Below the pieces are notes generated by a model. It saw nothing but the letters and a program-made list of their open reading frames with translations. It did not search any database and was not told the origin of the DNA. Made by a program: the position numbers and the translations under genes. A stretch of DNA of 64,000 nt from Camelus ferus (lineage: Eukaryota), in NCBI RefSeq assembly GCF_009834535.1, contig NC_045697.1, positions 85,686,001-85,750,000 of the forward strand, read 5' to 3'. Below, in pieces: positions 24,890 through 37,600 of this stretch (the first letter of the stretch is position 1; every line of letters begins with the position of its first letter).

Positions 24890-27800
24890 TCGATTGTTAT
24901 AACTTCTTGATGTATTGATCTTTTTGTCATTATATAATGACATTTTTGGTCTCTTCTTACTATTTTTGGCTTAAAGTCCTTCATCTGAAATAAGTATGTC
25001 TATCCCCATAACCATTTTTAATTTCCACTTATCTGAAGTATTGTTTTTCATCCCTTCACTTTGAGCCTATGTGTATCTTTAGAATTGACTTCTGTAGGCA
25101 TCATGTAGTTTGGTCTTTTTTTGTTTAGTCAGCCATTCTGTGCCTTTTGATTGGTGAATCAACCCAATTACATTTAGAGTGATTATTGACATATGAGTAC
25201 TTACTACTGCCATCTTGTTGTTTACTTGTATTTGTCTATGTGTCTTGTATTTCCACTGTTTTTTTTCCCCTCTGTTTCTGCCTACCTTGTAAATTGGTGT
25301 TTTTCTATGATGGTATCCTCAGTTTCCTTTTTTCAATGTTTCATGAGTCTGTTCTAGATTTTTGCTTTGTGGTTCCTGTGAGGCTTACATAAAATATCTC
25401 ATAGATAAAATAGTCAATTTTATGCTGACAGCCACATCTTTATTTGCTTGTAAAACCACCATTTAACTCTTCCCCTTTTATATTTTGATATCACAATTTA
25501 TCTCTTTTATTTTGTGTATTTGTTAACAAATTATAGTAGCTATATTTATTTTATTCTCTTTTCCTTTAACCTTTATATTGTAACTAAGCAGCTAGTACAG
25601 CATTCTAAAATAGTTACAGTTTTCTAATTCTGTCTGTTTTTCACTTTTACTCAAGTGTTGTGTACTTTCGTATGTTTTCATGTTACTGATTACAGTGTCT
25701 TTATTTCAGCATGAAAAACTCCTTTCAGCATTTCTTGTAAGTCAGGTGTAGTGGTAGTAAATTCTCTCAGCTTTTGTTTGTCTGGGAAAGCCTTATTGCC
25801 TTTTCATACCAGAAGGATAACTTTGCTGGGTAGAGTATTTGGGGCTGGAAAGTTTTACGTTTCAACACTTTGACTATATCATTTAACTCCCTTATGCTGG
25901 CCTGTAGAGTTTCTGCTGAAAATTTGCTGATAGCCTAATAGATATTCCTCTGTACTTTGCTTTCCCAGGTTAGGGAAATTTTTAGCTGTTATGTATTCAA
26001 ATATGTTCCCTGCCCCTCTCTTTCTTCTGCTTCTGGGACCCCTTTAACGTGAATGTTTGTATGCTTAATGTTGTCTCAGAGCTTCTCTTAAATTGTTCTT
26101 ATTTCTTTTTATTTTTTATTTATTTATTTTTTTTCTGTTCAGCTTCAGCGATTTCCACCTCTTTGTCTTCTGGCTCACTGATCCACTCCTCTGTATTATC
26201 TAATCTACTGTTGATACCTTTCAGTATATTTTCATTTTAGTTATTGCATTTTCCATCTCAATTTGGTTCTTTATATTTTCTAGCTTTAAAAAATGTAACT
26301 TTTCACTCTGTTTTTCCAATCTTCTCCCAAGTTCTTTGAACATCTTTATGATCATTACCTTGAACTCTTTATTGGGTAGATTGCCTATCTCCACTTCACT
26401 TAGTTCACCTGGAGTTTTATCTTGTTTCTTCATTTGGAGTATATTTCTCTGTTGCCTCATTTTGCCTAATTTGCTGTTTTTATTTCTATATGTCTGGTAG
26501 GTTGATTATATTTCCCTGGCTTAGAGAAGTGTCCCTTTGTAGGAGACATCTTATGTGTCCTCGCAACACACAACCCTCTGGTTACCAGAGCTAGGTGCTC
26601 TAGTGCTGTCCCCTATTTGGGTTGCATGGGTCCTTCTCTTATGGTGGGCTGACTACTGTGGGCAGTCTGGTAGGTGTGACTGGCCCCTGGTTGTCAGGAC
26701 CTGCCTGGTGGGGAGGCTGCTGGCCACCGGTGGTGGGGCCAGGTCATGAGGCTGCTTGCTACAGAGCTTTGAGGGTCCTGGGGCTAGTGCTGGCCTACTG
26801 ATGTGCAGAGGTGGTTTCTTGGGTGGGTAGTTGTGGGGCCAGAGGTCTTGGATCTAGAATCAGTCTGTATGTGCATGGGGCTGGTTCCTGACACTGTGTC
26901 TGACACTGCTGACTGTGGGGCCTGTGGTGTCCCAAAGCTGGTATCGGCTTGCTGGTAAGTGGGGCTGGATCTCAGAGTAGCTGGCTAAGGGATCCAAGGT
27001 GTCTGTTGGAGCTAGTGTCAGTCTGCTAGTGGGCAGGTTCAGGGCCCAGAGTGGTGGTCCTGGGGCTGGTGCCTGCCCATTGTTGAGTGAGGGAGGGTCC
27101 TAGAGCTAATGTCAGCCCACTGGTGAGTGGAGTTGGGTCCGGGTTCTCTGGCTGCAGAGCCCTGGGGGGTCTCAAAGCTGGTGTCAGCCTTCTGGTAGCA
27201 GGGCCAAGGTCTAGAGGGTCCAGGAGCTAGTGTAGGCTCACTGGTGTGCAGGGCTGGGTCCTGGACCCTCTGGTGGACAGGGCAATGCCCCAGGGTGATG
27301 TGGGCTCAGGGGGGTCTTAGTAGCAGGCCTACTCATAGATAGAGTTGTGTCTACCTGGTAGTTGCTTTGCCCAAAGTGTCCCAGTACTGATGCCTACAGT
27401 TTGGTGAGTGAGGCCAGGTCCCAGTGCTAATAAGCTAGAGGGGAGGATTTCAAAATAACACCAGTGTCCATATGGTAGAATGAACTCCCTAAAGTGGCTG
27501 CTATTACTATATGTGTCCCCAGGGTGAACTCCAGTTACCTTCTGCCTCTTCAGAAGGCTCTCCCAATCTGGTGTGTCTGATCCAGGTTCCTTTAAAATTA
27601 CTGCTTCTGTCCTGGGTCCCAGATCTTATAAGATACTGTGTGTACCCTTTAGTAAGAGTAGAGGCTCTGTTTCCCACAGCACTTTGGGTTTCCTGAATGT
27701 GAGTCCAACTGGTCTTCAAAACCAAACCTTCTTGGGGGCTTATTTTTCCAGTGCAGGATCCTGGGCTGTGGAGCCCAGTGTGGGCTCAGATGTCTTCCTC

Positions 27801-28058
27801 CTTGGGGAGAACCTCTGCAATTGTGATTATCCCCCCGTTTGTGGGTCACCCATCTGGGGGTATGGGTCTCGACTATACTGCATCTTTGCCCCTCTACCAT
27901 CTCATTATGGTTCCTTCTTTATATCTTTAGATGTAGGAAATCCTTTCTTCTAGTCTTCCAGTTTTCCTCATAAATAGTTTCTCTGTATAGAGCTGTAATT
28001 TAGATGTGCCCATGGGAGGAGATGAGCTCAGAGTCCCTACACCACCATCTTGGCCACT
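24890..28058 (-). mobile_element. Older LINE-1 5' half (EN start, spacer, ORF1 with internal deletion, ~1.6-kb 5'UTR)
   Basis: ORF1 start MRQQRNILQMKKQDKTPGELSEVEIGNLPNKEFKVMIIKM (26221-26460); 5' end 'caccatcttggccactcc'; 5'UTR related to 15030-16596. Confidence 0.88.
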
Positions 28059-28807
28059 CCAAATTCCACCTTGAGATGCTTATGTCCTGACTCCATAAGC
28101 TGCCTCAGGCCCAAAAGTTCTGCAGCCTTCTTGCTATGCATGGTGCACATCTTTCCTCAAGATTATATTTCAGATTTAGACAGGATGTTTCAACAGCACT
28201 GATTCCTGCAGAAGTTTCTATTCATTATCCAGCACAAAGTCCCTCATAGGTTTGAGAAATACCTAATTTCCTGACTTAAATCCTGTATTTACTTAGCTTT
28301 ACATCTTATGGTTGAAGGACACTTCCTAAGCTTATCTGTGTTATCGGATTCTGTGCTTCTTTAGCAGTGTTTTGGTTATAGCTCAGCTTCTTACTATAGA
28401 TCTGCCTGCACCTCAGTGGTACTTTGAAGCACTTCTGGAAGCTTTGTGCTCTGGTACTCATGCCCAAGAGTCCTTTTTGAGACCAGGATGCACACAAACT
28501 TTGTTCCAGTTTAGCCTTATGGTAGCCAGTTCCCTTGCTGTGGAATACAAAGATCTTGGCAATCATCCTTCCAGGACAGTGGGGTCTTGGGTGCCCATTC
28601 TCTCGCCCTAATTCTATAAATATTCATATTAATGTTTAAAGGATTAAGATATGTAGAATTTTAATTTTTAATTTTGTTTTAGAAATTTTCAATTTGGGAT
28701 GTGCTTGCCTTTGACCCAAAAGTTGTTTGCATTTTATTTTTATTAGTTAATAATCTTACTGCATTTTGTGATCAAAACCTGTTTGTATCATTTCTGGTTT
28801 TTGGAAC

Positions 28808-29429
28808 TGTAGTATTTTACTATTGCTGCTATCACAAAGTGCTATCATTTTAGCATCTTAAGACAAGACAAATTTATTTTTTCACAGTTCTGTAGGTCAG
28901 AAGTCCAGATGGACTTCAAAGATTTCTCTTCAGGTCTCACAAGGCTGAAATTAAGGTGCTAACTAGCTCTGACTTTTATCAAGAGACTTTGGAAGAGAAT
29001 CTGCTTCCAGGTTTATTTTGGTTGTAGGCAGATTTCAATTCCATGTGGTTATAGGACTGAGGCCCCTGTTTCCTTGCTGGCTGTAGGAAAAAGACCAGTC
29101 TTTGCTCCTAGAGGCTGCCCATGTTCCTTAGGCTTTTCATGCAGCTCCTTCCAGCAGTAGCAGGTCATGTTGCTCTCTTGCTTTGAATCTCTCTGACTTC
29201 TCTTTCTGCCACATTTCTGACTCCAGCTGGAGAAAGTTCTCTACTTTTAAGGGCTCGTGTGGTTATATTGGGTCCACTTAATAATCCAAGATAGTTTCCC
29301 TATGTTAATGTTTATAACCTTAATCACCTCTGCAGATTCCCTTTGCCATGTAATGTAACATGTTTATAGATTCTAGGGAATCAGGCATGGACATCTTTTT
29401 GGGAATGTAGGGGCCCTCTATCTACCACA
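28808..29429 (-). mobile_element. MaLR solo LTR (MLT1D/E-like)
   Basis: tg..ca ends; 'cacagttctgtaggtcagaagtcc', 'gaagagaatctgcttccagg', 'ttaatcacctctgcagattccctttgccatgtaatgtaaca', 'catggacatctttt'. Confidence 0.85.
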
Positions 29430-31200
29430 GAAACTTCTCAAGGTTTTCGTTTGTGACCTAAGTGGTACATGTGCAGTAGAGAAGAAAGCTATATTCTCTA
29501 TTATTTTTCAGACTTTTACATATAATCATAAGACCTCCTTTATTCATGGTGGTGATCAGAGCTCTTATATCTTTACTTATTGTCTACTTGACCTATCTTG
29601 GACTAAGAGTAGTGTTATAATATCTAATTTTTAGGGTATTTCTATTTCTTCATATAGTTCCTGCTTTATGTAGATTGCTTCTGTGTTATATGTGCATAGG
29701 TATAGTTATTAAATAACTTAATGTTTTCATTGTAAATCAGAGGCTTCAGTGTTGAAATGAAACCCTTTGTCTCTGTTACTTGTCTCAGTTATACCCACTT
29801 AGATCTGAAGGCTGTAAACCTTGCTTTATTTTTCTTGGCATTTGTCTGATACATTTTCTATCCCTTTACTTTTACTTTTAGCCTTTCTGAATCACTTCAG
29901 ATTCACACTTTTTAACTGTCTCCTATATATGGCATAGAGTTGGATTTTATTTTAAGCTAATCTTATTTTTATTTTAATAGGTATATTAAATCCATTTGCA
30001 TTTATTAATATGACTTATTTATTAATATGACCAATATTTTTATCTACATTTTTCCAGTTATTTCAGGTTATATTTACTATGTGTCTTTTATTAAATGCTG
30101 TCTTGTTTATATGAACTTTTTGGTATTTAGGAGGGTGTGTATTTTTTAGTGATGCTCTTTATTGTAATATTTTTATTTAATTCCCTAGTCCCTCATCTTT
30201 TTTTTTCTTTTTACTGAGACATTTAGTCTTTTTTTCCCATTAAAATATTAAAAATTTGACTTTTTATTTACTTATTTATATTGAGTTATAGTCAGTTTAC
30301 AATGTTGTATTAATTTCCAGGGTAGAGCACAATTTTTCAGTTATACATGAACATATGTATATTCATTGTCACATTTTTTTCGCTGTGAGCTACTGCAAGA
30401 TCTTGTATATATTTCCCTGTGCTATACGGTAAAATCTTGTTTATCTATGGTATATATGCCTGTCAGTATCTACAAATTTCAAACTCCCAGTCTGTCTTAA
30501 AGAACATTTTTTAAAGATAATAAATGTAACTTGTATCTATTTATAGGACGATTCATGAGCTAATTACATCTTCTCTTCTTTTCCTCCTTCCACTTTTCAG
30601 TTGTCAAAGCATATATTTATATGCTTTTCTCCTACCTTTGTTTTAGTCTTAATTGTTCACTGTTTTTTATGGAAGTCTCCTTGATCAGCTCTTAAATTTG
30701 TCTTCTAATTGATTCCCTAGAAAGGAAATGTGGATAAAATACATCCTTGAATTACTGCATGTTTAAAGCTTTTTTTCCTGAATGACCTTGATATAGACTT
30801 TATTTTTTGCCTAGAGTGTTGCTGTTGAAAAACAGTCTTACACCAAACTGATTTCTTTCATTTCTAAGTAACTTGTTCTATTTGCCTGGGGGTACTAAGT
30901 GTTCTTCTCCCCTCTTCCACCATTATCTTTAAACTCCAACAGTTTTATTAGAATGTGAGTTAGAATTGAACATCTGTGATCTAATCAATAGTATCAGGTA
31001 TTTAGTGGAAACATGGGCCCTTCCAACAAGTAGATTTAAGGATATAGGTGTGTGTTAGAGAAGTTTTCATTAAGTATAGTTTTAAATATTCTCTTTAATT
31101 GTATTTTCTCCTACATAAGGCCTCAAATTATATATAAAACAGATCTTTCTCTGTCTTTTATTTCTATTACTCTCTTCTACCTTTTCACAATTCTCCACTT
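29430..31200 (-). mobile_element. Ancient, highly decayed LINE-1 remnant (EN/ORF1 region)
   Basis: Degenerate L1 antisense motifs, e.g. 'ttttcttggcatttgtctgatacattttctatccctttacttt' and 'gtgttgctgttgaaaa..tgattt'. Confidence 0.5.
30260..30496 (-). mobile_element. Young LINE-1 3'UTR fragment
   Basis: Closely matches 11510-11735 ('gcacaatttttcagttatacatgaacat..tattcattgtcacattttttt..gctgtgagcta'). Confidence 0.9.
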
Positions 31201-31219
31201 CCGTACACTAATTTATTTT

Positions 31220-34200
31220 TAATTCCATTTTTATTGGGATATAATTGACATACAGGGCTGTGTAAGTTTAAGGTGTACAGCATAATGGTTTGACTTACAT
31301 ATATTGTGAAAAAATTGCCACACCAAGTTACATCTAATATCTAACATAGATACAAAAAAAAAATAATTTCCATGTAATGAGAACTTTTAGGATATTCTAT
31401 TAGCAACTTTCAAATACACCATACAGCAGTGTTAACTGCAGTCATCATGTCGTATATTACATCTGAGTACTTATTTATCTTATAACTGGAAGTTTGTAGC
31501 ACCTTAGTCAAATTCCCCTACCCCTTACCCCCACCTCTGGTGACTACAAATCTGTAATTCTTTTTTTTCAGTTTGGTTTTTGTTGCTGTTCTTTTAGATT
31601 TTACATATAAATTTGGTCATATAGTATTTGTCTTTGACTTATTTCACTTAGAATAATGCCCTCAGGTCCACCCATATTGTCCCCAATGGTAGGATTTCCT
31701 CATTTTATGGCTGAATGGTACTCAGTACATACACCCACACACACACATTTTTATCCATTCATCTATCCATGGACCATTTAGATTGTTTTCATGTCTCGGT
31801 TATTGTGAATAATTCTGTAATAAACATAGGGATGTGGATATGTCTTCAACATAGTGATTTCGTTTTCTTCAGACATATACCCAGAAGTGCAAGTGCTGGA
31901 TCATATGGTAGTTCTAGTTTTAATTTTTTGTTAAAAAATTGTTTTCCATAGTGGTTGCACCAATTTATGTTTCCTCCAACAGTGCAGAAGGGTTCCCTCT
32001 TCTCTAACTTCTTTCTTCATTTGTTATCTATTGTCTTTTTGAGGATGGCCATTCTGACAGGTGTGAGGTGATATCTAATTGTGGTTTTAATTTGCATTCC
32101 CCTGATGATTAGTAGTGTTAAGCACCTTTTCATGTTACTGGCCGTCTGAATATCTTCTTTGGAAAATGCCTATTCAAGTCCTTTGCTCATTTTTAAAAGG
32201 GATTACTTGTTTTTCTACTATTGAGTTTTATTTATTCTTTATGTATCTTGAATATTAACCCCTTATATATATGATTTGTCAATATTCTCCCCCATTCTGT
32301 AGGTTTCCTTTTAATTTTCTGAATTTTTTCTTTTGCTGTATAGAATCTTTTTAGTTTGATACAGTTCTATTTGTTTTTTGTTTGTTTTCTTGCTTGTGCT
32401 TCAGGTATCCTATCCAAGAAAATCACTGTCAAGACCCACATCAGGAGACTTTTTCTGTATGTTTTTCTCCAAGAGTTTTATGGCTTCCAGTGTAACATTT
32501 AAGGCTTTAATTTATTTTGAGTTATTTTTTGTTAGTGGTGTGGGTTTCAGTCTTTCACATGTGAATATTTAATTTTCACAACACCATTTATTGAAGAGAC
32601 TTTACTCTACTGAGTATTCTTGGTTTCCTTGTCAAGTATTAGTTAACAGTATAAGCTGGGGTTCATTTCTCAGCATTCAATTCTGTTCCATTGATCGGTG
32701 TCCATTTTTATGCCAGTACAATACAGTTTTGATTAGCTTTGTAATATGGTTTGAATTCAGCAAATGTATGTCTCCAGCTTTGTTCTTCATTCTCAGAATG
32801 GCTTTGGCTATTCAGTCTTTTGTGGTTACTTACAAACTTTAGGATTGTTTGTTCTACTTCTGTAAAAACAAAAACAATGCTGTTAGAATCTTAATAAGGA
32901 TTGAATCAAATCTATAGATGGCTTTGTGTAGTATGGAAATTTAAACAATATTAATTCTTTCAATTCACAAACATGAGATATCTTTCCATTTACTTGAGCC
33001 TTCAATTTCTTATATCAAATTCTTGTCGCTTTCAGTGTACAGATCTTTCATCTCTTGTTTAATTTATTCCTAAGTATTTTATTGTTTTTATTCTATTGTA
33101 AATGTGATCATTTATTTCTTTTTCAGATATTCATCATTGGTGTATAGAAACAATACCGATTTTTGCATGTTACTTTTGTATCCTGCAACTTTACTGAATT
33201 TGTTATTAGATCTAACAGGTTTTTTGGTGGAATCTTCAGCATTTTCCATATATAAAATCATGTCATCTCCAATTCGGACAATTTTACTTCTTCCTTATCT
33301 ATTTGGATGCCTTTTATTTCTTTTTTACTTTCTTTTGTTTTTTGTTTGTTTTTGCCTGGCTGCTCTTTCCAGGACTCCCAATTCTGTTGAATTAAAGTGA
33401 TGAGAGACATCCTTGTCTTGTTAATGATCTTAAATAACTTTAAGCTTTTCACTGTTGAGTATTTTGTTAGCTGTGGACTTGTCATATATGGCTTTTATTA
33501 TTTTGGAGGTTTGTTCCCTCTATACTAATTTTATTGAGAGATTTTATCATAAATGAATGTTTAATTTTGCCAAATGCTTTTCTCTAAATCTATTGAGATG
33601 ATCATATGGTTTTTACTCTTGATTTGTTAGTATGGTGTATCAAATTGATTTGTACATATTAAACTGAACTTGAATACCTGGAGTAAATTCCACTTTATCA
33701 TAGTGTATAATCCTTTTAATGGGCTGCTAAATTTGGTTTGCTTATATTTTACTGAGGATTTTTATATCTATGCTTATCAGGGAGATTGGTCTGTAATTTT
33801 CTTGTAGTTTCCTTGTCTGGTATTGGCATCAGGGTAATTCTGGCTTCATAAAATGTGTTTTTGAAAGTGATCCCTCCTCTTCTATTTTTTGGAAGATTTT
33901 TTAAAAATTGGCATTAATTCTCTTTAATGTTTGGTAGAATTCACCAGTGAAGCCATCTGGTCTTGGAATTTTGTTTTTGATCCCTGATTTGATATCCTTA
34001 ATTGAAACTGGTCTGTTCAGATCTTCTATTTCCTCATGATTTAATCTTGGTAGGTTGGATATTTCTAAGAATTTATGTATTTCTTCTGGGTTGTCCAGTT
34101 TGTTGGCATATAATTGCTTGTAGTAGTCTCTTATGATTCTTTGTATTTCTGTGGTATCACTTGTCATATCTTCTCCTTTATTTATAATTTTGTTGATTTG

Positions 34201-34629
34201 GGTCTTTTTTTTGTTGGTTAGTCTAGTTAAAAGTTTGTCAGTTATGTATATCTTTTCAAAGAAGCAAGACAAGTTTGTTAATTCTATTTCTTTTTCTATT
34301 CTCTAAGTTATTTATTTCTACTATAACCTTTATTATTTCTTTCCTTCTGATAGCTTTATACATAGTGTGTTCTTTTTCTAGTTACTTGAGGTTTAAGGTT
34401 ATGTTGTTTGAGATCCTTCAATTTTCTTGTGTATGTACTTATAGCTATAAACTTCCTTCTTAGAACTAGTTTTGCAGAATCCAATAAGTTTTGGTATGTT
34501 GTGTTTGCAAGTTGCCTTGTCTCAAGATACTTGATTTGGCCTTTAATTTCTTTCTTTATCCATTAGTTGTTCAGGAGACTGCTGTTTAATTTCCTTGTAT
34601 TCATAAGTTTTCCAGTTTTCCTTCTGTCC
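31220..34629 (-). mobile_element. Older LINE-1 (L1MA-like), 3' part; host of a nested L1
   Basis: L1MA-type 3'UTR, then decayed ORF2 (33901-34272 ..[30 protein letters not shown]). Confidence 0.88.
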
Positions 34630-37600
34630 TTTTTTCCATTTCTGTGGTTTGTTTTTAATTGAAGTATAGTTGATTTATGATATTGTATTAGTTTCAGATG
34701 TACAGCATAGTGATATAGTTAATTTTTCTGATTATATTCCATTATAGTTAATTACAAAATAACGTAATTCCCTGTGCTATACAGGAAATCCTTGTTGCTT
34801 ATCTATTTTGTATATAGTAGTTTGTATTTGTTAATCCCATACTCCTAATTTACCTCTCCTCCCTTCTTTCTCCCCTTTGGTAACTGAGTTTGTTTTCTAT
34901 GTCTGTGTATGTTTCTATGGCTATTTATGTTTTGTATATAGATTTATTTGTATTAGTTTTTAGATTCCACTTATAAATGGTATCATATAATATTTGTCTT
35001 TCTCTGTCTGACTTACTTCACTTAGTATGATAATCTCTAGTTCCATCCATGTTGCTGCAAATGGCAATATTTCATTCTTTTTAATAGCTAAGTAGTATTC
35101 CATTGTATATATATATACACACCACATCTTTTTTATCCATTCATTTGTTGATGGGCCCTTGGGTTGATTCCATGTCTTGGCTATTATAAATAGTGCTGCT
35201 ATGAGTATTGAGGTGCATATAGCTTTTCAAATTAGAGTTTTAATTTTTTCCTGATGTATATATCCAGGAGTGGGATTATTGGATCATATGGTAGCTCTAT
35301 TTTTATTTTTTAAGAAACCTCCAAACTGCTTTCCACAGTGGCTGCACCAAATTACATTTCTACCAACAGTGTACAAAGGTTCCCTTTTTACCATACCCTC
35401 TCCAGTGTTTAATATATGTAGACTTTTTGATGATAGCCATTCTGATCAGTGTAAGGTGATACCTCATTGTGGTTTCAATTTGCATTTCTCTAATACTTAG
35501 CAATGTTGAGTATCTTTCTCATGTGCTTGTTGGCCATCTGCATGTCTTATTTTGCAAAAGTCTATTTAGATCCTCTGCTCATTTTTTACTTGGGTTGTTT
35601 GTTTTTTTCAACATTGAGTTGTATGAGCTGTTTGTGTATTTCAAATACTAACCGCTTGTTGGTTGCATCATTTATAAATATTTTCTCCCATTCCATAGTT
35701 TTTTTTTCATTTTGTTTATAGTTGCCATTGCTGTGCAAAAGCTTGTAAATTTGATTGGTCCCATTTGTTTATTTTTGCTTTTATTTATTGTGCCTAGGGA
35801 GACTGATCTAGGAAAACATTGCTAAGATTTATGCCAGAGAATATTTTTCCTAAGCTCTCTTCTAGGAGTTTTATGGTGTCATGTCTTAATATTTAGGTCT
35901 TTAAACCATTTTGAGTTTACTTTTGTATATGATGTGAGGGAGTGTTCTCATTTCATTGAATTACATACAGCTGTCCAGCTTTCCCTATACCACTTGTTAA
36001 AGAGACTGTCTTTTCTCCATTGTATATTCTTGCCTATGTTGTCATGGTTTACTTCACTGTAGGTGCATAGGTTTATTTCCGGATCCTCTATTCTGTTTTG
36101 TTTTTTTTTTCATTGGAGATACTGGGGATTGAATCCAGGACCTCTTGCATGCTAAGCATGTGCTCTGCCACTGAACTATACCCATTCCCTTCTATTCTAT
36201 TGTTTAGATATATATGTCTGTTTTGTGCAACATACTACCACTGTTTTGATTACTGTAGTTTTGTAGTATGGTCTGAACTCTGAAAGAATTGTACTTCCAG
36301 CTTTGTTCTTTTTCCTCAGAATTGCTTTCCAATTTGGGGCCTTTTGTTGTTCCATATCAATTTTAAGATTATTCTAATTCTGTGCAAAATTTCATGGGTA
36401 TTGTGATAGGTATTGCATTAAATCTGTGGATAGCTTTGGGTAGTATGATCATTTTAACTGTATCAGCTCTTACAATCCAAGAGCACAAGATATGTTTCCA
36501 TTTATTTGAATCATCTTCAATTTATTATCATTTTATAGTTTTCAGCATATAGGTCTTTCACCTCCAAGGATGTTTATTCCTAGGCATTTTATTTTTTGAT
36601 TCAATTTTAAATGGGATTTTTTTTTTTTTTTTACTTTCTGATATTTCATTATTAGTGTAAAGAAATGCAACAAAGATCTGTATATTAATATTGTATCCTA
36701 CTACCTTGCTAAATTCATTTATTTGTTCTAATAGTTTTGTGTAGAGACTTTAGGGTTCACTATATAGAATATCATGTCTTATGCATACAGTGACAGTTTT
36801 ACCTCTTCCCTTCCAATTTGGATATATTTTATTTCTTTTTCTTGTCTGACTGCTGTGGCTAAGACTTCCAAAACTATGTTGAGTAGAAGTGACTTGCCTT
36901 GTTCCTGAATTTAGTCAGAAGGCTTTCAGGTTTTCATTGTTGAGTCTGATGTTAGCTGCAGGTTTGTTGTAAATTGACTTTATTATGTTGAGATATGGTC
37001 CCTATATTCCCCCTTTGGTAAGAGTTTTTATACATGGATGTTGAATTTTGTCAAATGCTTTTTTTTTGCATCTATTAAAATAATTTGGTTTTATCTTTCC
37101 TGTTGTTAATGTGGTATATCACATATATTGGTTTGCACACATTGCCTCATCCTAGTAACCGTGGAATGAGTCCAACGTGATTATGCTGTATGATTCTTTT
37201 TATGTACCATTGGATTCAGTCTAGTCGTGTGTTAAGGATTTTGAGATCTATATTCATCAAAGATATTGGCATCTAATTTTCTGTTTCTCTAGTGTCTCAT
37301 TTTGGTATTAGGGTGATGGTGACCTCGTAGACTAGATCTAAGAATGTTTCATCATCTTCAATTTTCTGGAAAAGTTTGAGAAGGACAGGTATAAGTTCTT
37401 TTTTATATATTTGTTGGATTCCCCAGTGAAGCCATTCAGTCCTGGACTTTGTTTGCAGGTAGTTTTATTACAGATTCTATTTTACTTATAGTGATTGGTC
37501 TGTTCAAATCATCTGTTTCTTCTAGACTCAGTATTGGCAGACTCTGTTTCTGAAAACATGTCCATTTCTTCTGGTTGTCCAGTGTGTTGGCATCTAACTA

